A stretch of 64,000 bases of DNA, taken from the NCBI GenBank assembly GCA_001643675.2, contig LSRY02000008.1, positions 930,001-994,000 on the forward strand. The letters are read 5' to 3'. Below are positions 10,809-22,300 of this stretch, one piece after another. Position 1 is the first letter of the stretch; each line of letters starts with the position of its first letter. A model generated the notes under the pieces. The model was not told the DNA's origin, ran no database searches, and saw only the letters and a program-made list of their open reading frames with translations. The stretch is from Monocercomonoides exilis PA203. Lineage: Eukaryota; Protista; Preaxostyla. The position numbers and the translations under genes are program-made.

Positions 10809-13196
10809 CCATTGGTGCTAAACCCGGAACCTGGCGCCAAACCCGGAACAGGCAAATTACTGTGTAATTTGAAAAAAATAATAACTCGTTGCTAATAAAG
10901 AATGAAGAGCTCTCATTCTATTTTTGGCTATGTTTGTTATTATTAATTAATATTTTATTAAAAAATTATGTGAAAACATTCGTATTCATAAAAATTGTTA
11001 AATTCGTTAATAGTCTAAAATTGAATGTAATAAAGCAAACACAACAAAATGAAATATCATATCGTGATTGTCTTTATCTTTATGAATATAAAATAACAAG
11101 TTCATCAACATTTTTTGAGATTTCGTGAGATAATGATTTTCGGTAATTTGATCGAAACCATAAAGATGTGAAAAGTTACAGGAAAGCTCAACAACAGTTT
11201 GGGAGAGAGATTCATTTCAAATATTTCAAGCAAATTTTGATAACAAATTATATTTTTTTTAAGTTGCAACAATTATTTTAGAGACTTTGCAAGTCTGGCA
11301 CATATTTTACTTGGAGCGTGCTTTTTTGGTTGCAGGCTTTTGTGAAGAAATATTACAGTTTGGAATTTTTTGTATTATGTTTATTTTTTTATAATCTGCG
11401 ATGTGATTGTTAAATTCTTTGAATGAAAATGTTTATAGCAATATTGTTCGACGTGAGTATTTTTGAAGTTTATGAGTGTTTAATTTGTGCAACAGTGGAT
11501 GATACTTTGGTTTTGAATTAGGGTCAATAATTTATCGGTACCCAAAAAATTAATCGGGACCTAAATTTTCTGGCTCACTGGAGCACTTTCAGAAAAAAAT
11601 AAATAATAGGAAACCTTTTTCAAACTTTTATATACTATTCCAGAAAATATTTTTTATTTTTTTTATTTCTGTAAATAGATCTGGAATTTTTTGTTTTATT
11701 TTTCTGATCAAAGACTTGCTCATATTTTCACGAGCTTTTTGTTTTGAGTGTTTTGAGTTATATCATTGTTTATAAACTAGACTTATAAATGTTTTTGGTT
11801 ATTTTATATTATTAAACACTTCGTTTTTTTATTATTTTTAACATTTCACAAAATTTCAATAAATAGAAGATTTTATTGGAATAAAGGAGATTTTTTGTCT
11901 TGTAAAAAGTTAAAATATGAAAACAATCAATTAACAAAAGTATTCAAAAGGATGAAAATCTTTAATTTTTAATTATCGTGATTTTTTTACAAAAAACATG
12001 TTTTTATGTATTTTTGCATTTTTTGCTTCAAATCACATTCTTTCATTTCAAAATCTTTGTAACGCACATAGCAATCATTTTTTCACCTTCTCTTTAACAC
12101 GAAAAATCATGATAATTTCAAACTCTGCTATTGTTTCTAATTTTGTCAAAAAATCATGAAATGTTAAAAATAATAAAAAAACGAAGTGTTTAATAATATA
12201 AAATAACCAAAAACATTTATAAGTCTAGTTTATAAACAATGATATAACTCAAAACACTCAAAACAAAAAGCTCGTGAAAATATGAGCAAGTCTTTGATCA
12301 GAAAAATAAAACAAAAAATTCCAGATCTATTTACAGAAATAAAAAAAATAAAAAATATTTTCTGGAATAGTATATAAAAGTTTGAAAAAGGTTTCCTATT
12401 ATTTATTTTTTTCTGAAAGTGCTCCAGTGAGCCAGAAAATTTAGGTCCCGATTAATTTTTTGGGTACCGATAAATTATTGACCCTAATTCAAAACCAAAG
12501 TATCATCCACTGTTGCACAAATTAAACACTCATAAACTTCAAAAATACTCACGTCGAACAATATTGCTATAAACATTTTCATTCAAAGAATTTAACAATC
12601 ACATCGCAGATTATAAAAAAATAAACATAATACAAAAAATTCCAAACTGTAATATTTCTTCACAAAAGCCTGCAACCAAAAAAGCACGCTCCAAGTAAAA
12701 TATGTGCCAGACTTGCAAAGTCTCTAAAATAATTGTTGCAACTTAAAAAAAATATAATTTGTTATCAAAATTTGCTTGAAATATTTGAAATGAATCTCTC
12801 TCCCAAACTGTTGTTGAGCTTTCCTGTAACTTTTCACATCTTTATGGTTTCGATCAAATTACCGAAAATCATTATCTCACGAAATCTCAAAAAATGTTGA
12901 TGAACTTGTTATTTTATATTCATAAAGATAAAGACAATCACGATATGATATTTCATTTTGTTGTGTTTGCTTTATTACATTCAATTTTAGACTATTAACG
13001 AATTTAACAATTTTTATGAATACGAATGTTTTCACATAATTTTTTAATAAAATATTAATTAATAATAACAAACATAGCCAAAAATAGAATGAGAGCTCTT
13101 CATTCTTTATTAGCAACGAGTTATTATTTTTTTCAAATTACACAGTAATTTGCCTGTTCCGGGTTTGGCGCCAGGTTCCGGGTTTAGCACCAATGG
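10809..13196. repeat. 2.39-kb palindrome: 1040-bp arms (10809-11848 and 12157-13196) with a 308-bp spacer
   Basis: The arms read as exact reverse complements; paired coordinates sum to 24005, and the identical 79-aa ORFs at 10889+ and 13116- confirm the symmetry. Confidence 0.95.
11521..12484. mobile_element. Long-TIR MITE of the TA|GGGTCA pogo-like family
   Basis: TA-flanked ends gggtcaataatttatcggtaccc... and ~328-bp TIRs. Homologous to 28890-29851 and to the termini of the transposase-bearing element 61385-63422. Confidence 0.85.
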
Positions 13197-15199
13197 AAAA
13201 CCCAAATTTTTTTCTTTATCAAATTTCCATTTGAATGAGTAATTATTCATTTGTCAATGATAGTGATGACAAGCGAATTTTTATTTGTATCCAGTTTTTT
13301 ATTGGATCCTAAATTTTTTTCCCCTCATATTGCATCAAATAGAAGCTTGTATTAGATGAGAATAATTTTAAAACAAATAATACATTATTATAAGGTTGAA
13401 TGCAAAATATTTTTGAAAACTATTTCTTCAAAAGAAAGATCTGGATTTTTTAAGTTTTATTTTTTGATCAATGTTTTGTTTGTGTTTCCACGAGTTTTTG
13501 AAATCAAGCGTTTTCATTGTTGGTTTTGATTTTATCTTTTTTTTTTTTGACATTTACGTTATTTTTTAACTTGAGAAACTCTTTTTTTTTCAACAGTTTT
13601 CACACCTCACATTTTTAAAAATAAAACTCAAATATCAATAAGAGAATTATTCCTCTGTGACATGACAAGAGAAAACTGAAAAAATGACAAATTGATTGAC
13701 AAGATATTTATAACTTGTCAAAAAGGGTTATTTTTAACGATTTCACGATTCTAAATAACAATAAAAAAATAATTTGATAATCGTAATACAACAATTCAAA
13801 TTATTTTGGAGAAATCAATTATTTAATAAATATGATCAAGGTACCAATATTTTATTTTTTTGACACGAAATGTTAGTTGGTGAATTTTTTTGTCACAATT
13901 TGTCATTGACTGTAACTGACAGTCACTGACAAAAGAAAAAAAACGACAAGATATTACAGATGATATCAACAAATCTTTTTCAATATGCTTCGAAAAGTCT
14001 TAAGAAGTTTTAGCTATAGTTTATTTAATTTTTATTTTAATATTTTTTTTTTTTTTTTTTGTTACAGACGAGGCTTCAAGTTTTTAGTCAGGTCACAGAG
14101 GTATAAAGAGAATTAATAATTCGAAAATTTCCTTGTATAAAAATGATGTTATGTTATGAGCAATGCTATATATATGAAAAATCTTTGTATATTATGTGTG
14201 TAGGAAAAGAAAAACGTGAAAAATAAAATATCAACTTTCTCGTTTTCCGATAAAAAAACTTTTTGGTGTTATTTTTTTTCTTTGTTGATTATTTTTAATT
14301 CTTATTTATTTATTTAGCACGTATGATAGTTTCAATAATAGTTGGGGAAAAAACCCTCATCTGGGAAAAAACTCATGCACATGTGTTTAAAATAAAGTTT
14401 GTTTAATATGGATTCACAAAAAAGTTCTCTTTTTTCAAAGAAAAATATGCATAAAGGTGATTTTCACCATTTTTATTTATATTTACTCATTTATGGAATA
14501 TTCGATCAATCTTTTTAAAACTGTTCCAAAGATTTCATTTTTTTAAAAAGAAAAATGCATGTAATCATAATCATTTTTTCGTGATTCAATTCGATTAAAA
14601 AATTTGTTGCGTTTAAATGATGAAAAACATTTATTCAAATATTTCGTTTTGAAATGAGAAAAAGCCAAATGAAGTGAATATAATAAAGATTCAAATCGTT
14701 CCAAGATCTCGAAAATAATCAGTCTTGAAAAATGAAGAATATCAAAAAACAAACATGAAATCGAAACAGAACAATCGCTGAATTGAAATCATGAAGATCC
14801 TGAATTTATATTTTCAATAATTCCGTAATATTATTTGCAACAAACAAGAATTATAATATACTAACCAATATCCTCGTTATTAATGTAATTTTCTTCTTTT
14901 TTGATAAAAACTCAATTCCAAAGAATGAGAAAATATATGAAAATATTTTGATGGTTATTTGAACCATAATGAATATTTAAAATGTTAAAATCAAATACAA
15001 ACTTTTCAATGAGCAACATTACGTTTGGAATACTGCTAATAACCTTTTCCAATTAATGCCTTTGTTTTATTCTGTGAACAATTATTTTTAAAGTTTGTTT
15101 TTATTATTTAAATAAAAATTTCAATAATGTTTAACTATTTTTCAAATGATTTCTTTTATTAAATAGATACAATAACCTTTTGATATATTTGTGAAATAG

Positions 15200-16030
15200 A
15201 ATAATGATTGTTGTGATGAAGAAGAAAAGATATCCAAAATACTGTTCAGCTTGGGGTTGATTGGAAGAACGAACTCATATCTCTTTTTGCCCCGAGAAAT
15301 GTGGTTGTGCGAGTGGATTTTATTTTTGTTTCCACACAAGAATCAGCGGGAATATTTTGCAGCACACTCACGATGTGTTAGATGGACACAACTGTAATTT
15401 GTCGTGGTTTTGAAAAATTATTGTTTGTTTCTACGTGTTTATTCGTCTAATCTTGTGCAATATCTTCACTGAGCGTTTGTGGGTGCACATTCCGCAATTT
15501 TTCAGTTGGAAAAAAAAGTGATGGAAAAGAAGATCATTGCTGTTTTTGCCTGGAAATATCAATGAGTGGATGTCAGTTGGAGAGAGTGAACGATCCAGTT
15601 GATGGAAGTGTGGTGCCTCATTTTGGCGCTCCATGCACAGGGCTGTATGTGGCTGAAAACAACACATTTCTGAACTGCAAATGAGGGATGCTGAAACGCA
15701 AACTGAATAAGCAATTAACAGATGAAACATTCCACAGCGAATTTCATTGCCAGCTAATAAAACCGAAGTTATTTTTCTGAATTGCAAGTGGCAGGGATGT
15801 TCAACTATTAATGATAATGGTGGGTGCACTCTCTTTTGAAGACGATTCTATCGATGAACGAATTTAGGGATGCTATTTCAATGAATGCAAAGCATAATAT
15901 CATGCGGGATCTCTTTCTATTTTGCCTGCAAAATCACTTTTTGTCCATGCACGTGCTTTTGCAAAATGTTCGTGCGGCCAAAGTGGTGGAGGGAGGATAT
16001 TTGAACAGGTATCATATGGGTCATTATTTT
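15200..16030 (+). pseudogene. Decayed GGA-repeat beta-helix (pectin-lyase-like) surface protein fragment
   Basis: Frame pieces FLNCKWQGCSTINDNGG / ALSFEDD...GCYFNECKA*YHAGSLSI...FAKCSCGQSGGG are interrupted by stops and a frameshift. Same motif type as 35360-37235. Confidence 0.5.
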
Positions 16031-17079
16031 TCATATTATAACTTTGTTCGAAGAAAGATCTTTTTTTTAATAATTGTGGTATAATGAGAAATAATTAAAA
16101 ATACATGTTTATAAATGAATGGAAAAAGAATCGTGATTGAATTTTTGAAAACCAAGTCACTTTGAGTAAATAAAAAAAAAAAATTCCATTATAACATTTA
16201 ATTTTTGAGTTATTTCTTTTATTTGAATTATTTGATATCACAACATCGAACAAGTCCATTTATCTATTACTGAAGATTACAATTTGAGTATGATTTAATG
16301 ACATTATTTTTTTAAATGATTTGAATTACTTATTGTTTGTATTTAAATGAATAATTGATTTATAAAATTTTGAAGCGAAATTGATGAATTTATTCTTTTG
16401 TGCAATTTTTTTTTTAAAACCTTATTCATTTATGAACGATCAGAATTAAATTAAGGACGATTCGAAAAGTTAAAGAGAAACAATGTTTTTTGAAAAAGAA
16501 TTGAAAGCAAAAATGATATTCATGGACTTTTTGATAGAAATGACAATATTCAAAAGAAGAATGCGAATAAAAGAGAAAAAATGTGGTGGAAATTATCAGT
16601 CAGATGTTTGTCTCTTTATTTTCATTTGTTAATTTTGTCTGGTTATTGATTTTCTTGTTGAATTGTATATTTGTTTGTTTGCTTGGTGGGCATTCTGCAA
16701 GAAATGGGAGGTTAAAGTGGAAGGCGGACATAAAGATTGTGGTTGTTACAAGATTTTTGAGCGCTGGGCATGGGTAAGATAGGGATGTTGATGAAGAAGG
16801 AAAGCTGAATGAGAAATGGAGAAGGAGGCAAAGCGGAAGGGGATTCCTAGGAAAATGATGAAGATGCGCCGACAGATGCTGCGAGGTGTTGCTGCGGCAG
16901 GAAGAGGAGCGAAGAGGGAAAAGGAGGAATGGGTCGTGTGAGAGAGCGATGGAAAGGAAGAGCTTTGGAAGGATAGTTGCAAAGGAATGGAGGAGCTGCG
17001 AAGCACGCGGACTTAATTCCGAAGAGACAAAACATGCGATTCCACAACGATTATTTATTCATTTATCTTCATTGCTTCT

Positions 17080-17100
17080 TCATCAGCTTCTTCTTCCTCC

Positions 17101-17150
<50 letters not shown>

Positions 17151-17166
17151 TTCTTCCTCTTCTTCC

Positions 17167-17207
<41 letters not shown>

Positions 17208-17255
17208 TCTTTCTTCTTCTTCTTCATAGTCTTCTTCTTCCACTTCTTCCTCTTC
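17080..17255. repeat. (CTT/CCT) microsatellite with 9-bp CTCTTCTTC periodicity
   Basis: Directly visible in the sequence. Confidence 0.9.
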
Positions 17256-19213
17256 ATTTCACGAGTTATTTTGTTTTAACCATTATTCTTCCTTCACTTC
17301 TCCTTCTTCTTCTTCCACTTATCGCCTTCTCTCTTCTTTGAAACAATTTCTTTTTACAAATGTGACATTTTCCACGTCATCAAACTATTTTATCATTCCA
17401 GCAACCTTCATTTCCACAGTCCTCTTCGGGTTCGCATGTAGCTCCATCTGATCCTTCATCACCATTGCAGTTTCCTTGAATTCATTTCATCTCGCTCACG
17501 CACTCTAATAGAGTGACAATTCATTCTCTGGATTATACGAAATTATCTGAACTTCGTTTCATTCACTTTTTTTGTTCAGAAAATAATATTCCTTCACTTT
17601 TATATTATCAACGTTTCATGTTACAGAAAAAGAATCACATCATATATTTTTGTGCAAATTTTAACTTTGAACAAAAGATTTTTACAATTATTAGTTACAA
17701 TAACAGTCTTCAAACAACCATTTTATCATTTCATAGAATTACCGCAACAATCAAATGTTATGACTGAAACAACGTTATCAAATGTGAATAAAAAATCAAA
17801 ACCAAAAAGAAAAAAGAAAACTGTTTGAAATACGCGAAACTCCATTTCCTTATATGAATAATAATCAAAAAGCCTTGTTTGAGCAAAGCAACATATGTGA
17901 TAAAAATATAACCAAATCAATGGACTTTAAAATAAGAAATCAAAGCAAGCATTATTCAAAAATTAAAAAAAAAGTGAAATCTTTTAGTGAGAGAAAGTCT
18001 CAAAATAAAAAATAATAAACAATTGTTTAAAAATCATTTATTTTTTGTTATATCTGACAACTCGACTGATCTTTGTCAAACGACTGATCTTTGTCGTTCG
18101 ACTGATCTCGACAAAGATCTGTCGATAACCCTATATTAAGTATATGAATTTTTAATAAAAAAAAGAAAAATTTTTGATTTGTCATTTCCATATTAAATTA
18201 TGAATATTTCTAGACAAAAAATATAGAATAAGATTTTATTTTGTTTTTTTCTTAGAAAAATAATAAATAAATAAAAATAACTATTTTCTTCACAATAAAA
18301 AAATAAAACTCGACAAAATTTTCGGTCGAGTTATCGAGCTGTTTAAAAAAAGTCGGTCGGTCGAAGAGGCTTGTGCCAAAATATGAAAAAGGAAAGAAAA
18401 AAAACAATACCAACAATGAAAACGCTTGATTTCAAAAACTCGTGGAAACACAAACAAAACATTGATCAAAAAATAAAACTTAAAAAATCCAGATCTTTCT
18501 TTTGAAGAAATAGTTTTCAAAAATATTTTGCATTCAACCTTATAATAATGTATTATTTGTTTTAAAATTATTCTCATCTAATACAAGCTTCTATTTGATG
18601 CAATATGAGGGGAAAAAAATTTAGGATCCAATAAAAAACTGGATACAAATAAAAATCTGACCCCAATTCTAACAGGACTTTATTAAAATAAGAAAAAACA
18701 ATGAAAAATATAGGAAAAAAAACAATCTTTAAAAACAATTAAACAAAATACTCCAATAATTCATATCAATTATTCATCAAAGCAAATCAAAAAAAGAGGT
18801 TGTAAGTAAAACCATTGATAACTTTTAAGCAAATTGTCATTTTTCTTTTGTAATAATTAAAAAAGGATAACTTACAAACTTTCAAAAAAAATTAATGGAG
18901 AAAAACAAAACAAAACAAAACAAAGCCAAACAAAATAATAAAAAAGTTTCAATTATAATGTGTGAAATCAAAGGTAGATGAAAAAACAAAAAAAAAAATG
19001 ATGAAGTGAAGTTATGAAGGAATTTTCAAATATGGAGAAATGCAGAACGACAAATATTTGGCTTTCTCAATAACAACCAAAAAAGAATTCACAGTGTTTC
19101 AGTTCAAATTCAATAAATATTTTCTATTTTCATAACTTTTATCTTCTATTTGCGTTCATTATAAATTCGCAAAGCAGACATTTTTTTTTTGAGAGAGAAA
19201 GAGAAAGAGAAAG

Positions 19214-19252
<39 letters not shown>

Positions 19253-19304
19253 AATATCTTCAAATGCGACATTTCAAATCCACTCTTCAAACCCAAACGC
19301 AACC

Positions 19305-22300
19305 TCAACGATTAGCCCTCTGCCTCATCCTTTCATTCTCTCTTTCTCTTTCTCTCTCCCTGTCCCTCTCCCTGTCCCTTCCCTTCTTCTCTCTCCCATC
19401 CTTCCCCTCCTTCCCCTCCTTCCCGCTCTTCCTGAATTTCTTCACAAACGCTGCATACAACCTCGAGTCCTGTATGCTCACATCATCCGACTTCATATGC
19501 GCCGACAGAGACGGCGGGATGGCCAGCGGCCTTTCCAGCCTGTCCGGCGCCTGCTTCTCCAGCACCGATGTGGGAGCCTTCCCCACCAGAAACGCCACCA
19601 TGCCCCTGTCCGTCTTCTGCACATGCTCCCCAAACCAGCTCGACACTACCTCCACAAGCTCGGCTGCCACGTCTTTCCCCGCTTCCACCGCCAGGCACAA
19701 CTTCACCAGCTGCTTCGCAATCGCAATGTGCTCTGCGTAGTGCTGCTTCGTGTGACACGCTGGGTGCTTGTACCGGTGCATCAGCTCCTCCTCCTCGCTC
19801 AGCGTGCCAAAAAACGCCTTCACAAACAGCTCCAGCTTCTGCCCGATCTTCTCCGGTTCTTCCTCGTCCAGCGCCCGCACAAGCTCAAGCCCGCACTGGC
19901 ACACCACCTGGTGCCCGCTGTCGATAACTTGGATGTCCACTGAGTACACCTCCTTCCACATGAACGCGTCGAACGACTGGTCATTCGTCGGGTCGAAGTC
20001 GACAATCTTCGTCGTCGCCTCCGCCACACGGAACAGATGGTTGCGCGAAGGGAGGAAGCAGAATGTGTAGGAGCCAATGAGAAGCAGGAAATGGATGATA
20101 AACAGCACAATCAGCAGCACGTTGTACGTGCGGATCGTGCTCGACTGCTCCTCTGTCAGAATCTCCCCGTATTTCTTAATCCCTCCTTTCAAATCATACT
20201 GCATTTCTGTGTTCACCATCTGCAGCCTTGTGTCGTTCAGCCACAGAAGCGACACATTGTCTGCCCCTGCAAACGACTGTGCGCTCATCGCAAACGACGT
20301 AATCAGCCCATCCAGCCCTGCAAACGGCGGCGTCAGCCCAAAGATCCTCCCTTTCTCCTCGCACTCGCTGCTCACCATGTTCGGGATGCACTCAACTGTA
20401 TCCATCATCAGCCCGCTCAGTGCAGAGCCAGGAACAAGCGTGCGGATCGTGTCCAGCGAGTCGATCAGATCGTCCCCTGTCGCCACCCCGCCGCTCAGCG
20501 CACACCCACCTGAGTTCACTTTCTGCTGCAAAAGAGCAAAGAACGTGATCGTCTGGTTCATCAGCTCCTGCTGCAGCGTCTGGTTGTTCGACATGTGCGA
20601 CAGGTCGTGCCAGAGCGGGGAGTGGCCGTACGGGTACATGTAGTTCATGGGGATGGTGTTAGAGGACGGGTATGCAGTGTTCATCATCAGCATCGCGCAG
20701 AGGCCGATGAGGATGGAGCGGTAGGACGAGAGGAACATGGCGCTGTTGGAGCTGATGACGTTCTCGATCGACTCGGTGCACACGAAGTAGAACGCAAACG
20801 CACTCAGCAGCACCATCAGCGTGCCCATCGTCATCAGCAGCACGATCCCCTTTGTCACAACATGCGTGTTTTTCTTGATCTGCTCCCGCAGCTCCTCGTT
20901 CCTCTCCGCCTCTTTCTCTTCTCTCAGCGCTCTCTGCTCATCTTCCACTTCCAGTTTCGCCTGCTCGTTTTGCGCTGCAAGGAAAGTAGTCTGCTCGTTG
21001 TACCTGTCGCCCACTCCGCAGCTCTCGTTGTTCATCGTCAGCAGCTGGCTTCTGAGTGCTCCTGACTCTGTTCTTCTGTGATGGGAATGAGAATGTTGAG
21101 AATGAGAATGCTGAATGTGATGTTGACTGTGATGTTGATAAGGATTCTGTTGTTGATAGCAACTTCTTTCTCCCAAATAGCTGCTGTATTCGTGACTCAT
21201 GCCGCCTCTTTTAGTGTTGCCTGGCTTGGAACGTGAGGTGTTGTAATCAGAAAATTCATTCACTTTCAGAAATATATTGTTTGCTCCTTTATTGCTTTTC
21301 TCTCTTCTTCCGTCTCTTCTTTTTTCTTCTTTATTTCTTCCTCTGCCATCTTTTCTGTTATTTTTGGTCAGCCTGCTATTAAATGAAGAAGATGAAAACG
21401 ATGATGATGAATCTGAATCTGAAGAAGAAGAAGAAGAAGAAGAAACATAACTCGAAGCGGAAGATAATTCCGCAGTTGACGCATCTGTCAAATTGCCGGA
21501 AAAATCACCTCTTTGTTTTTGTTTTGGGTCCAAATGCTGCCCATAATAAATATTCGAATTATTAATTTTGTTATTTCTATCATTTCCACCATGTTTATGT
21601 TTATCTTCATGTTCATTTTCTTCATGTTCATCTTCATTTCTGTGATTATGCTTGTGCTCATGTTTATGCAAATGTGTTTGAAAATGTTTGTTTTCGTTTA
21701 GACTCACATAATTGTAAGGCGAAATGGTCGAATCAGCAGAAAGCGAAGAAATAGCCTGCATTGGAATGAGAGGAGCATTTATTTGAGAAGAAGAAGAAGA
21801 AGAAGAAGAATATGTTGGGTTATTATTATTATTATTTATATTATTATTATTGTTATTATTATTATCCATTGAATTTTCTCCTTTTCTTCTTCTCTTCTTT
21901 GAAGAAGAAGAGGAAGATGAAGAAGAGGAAGAGAAAGGGTTAGAAGAAGAATTTGAAGAAGAAGAAGAAGAAGGCAATGAATTTTGAGTTGTTTGTGTTG
22001 TTTGTGTGTTTTGCACTCGAAAAGACGGTGTTTGCAGCAAAACGCCAGCGGAAGGGTTTTTTTGGATGGAAGAAGAATTTAAAGGAGAAGAAGAAGAAGA
22101 AGAAGAGGATGAAGAGGAAGAAGAAGAAGAAGGATAAATGCCTTGGAAAGGGGTGAGAGGGGAGAAGAAGTTCATTTGTGGCTGAGGCTGAGCGAAAAGA
22201 TAATTTTGGGATGGATTATTAACATTGGAAGAAGGAGAAGGAGAAGAGGAAGAGGAAGAAGAAGAAGAAGAAGAAGAAGAAAGAGGAGAAGAAAAAGAAG

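Larger units (their letters stand above)
13277..18663. repeat. Pair of identical 248-bp inverted repeats (13277-13524 and 18409-18656) related to GGGTCAG-family TIRs
   Basis: Paired coordinates sum to 31933. The right copy runs into ...aaaaatctgacccc, the family terminus; the left copy lacks the terminal bases. Confidence 0.8.

Noticed and set aside
10889-13116. Two identical 79-aa ORFs
   Set aside because: TTG start and AT-rich composition; their identity is simply a result of the palindrome.
10801-13204. Palindrome as a freshly inserted element with a TSD
   Set aside because: The flanks share no direct repeat.
16886-17341. Poly-Leu/Phe/Glu/Lys ORFs (also 10463-10867 and 41224-41692)
   Set aside because: They are translations of microsatellites.
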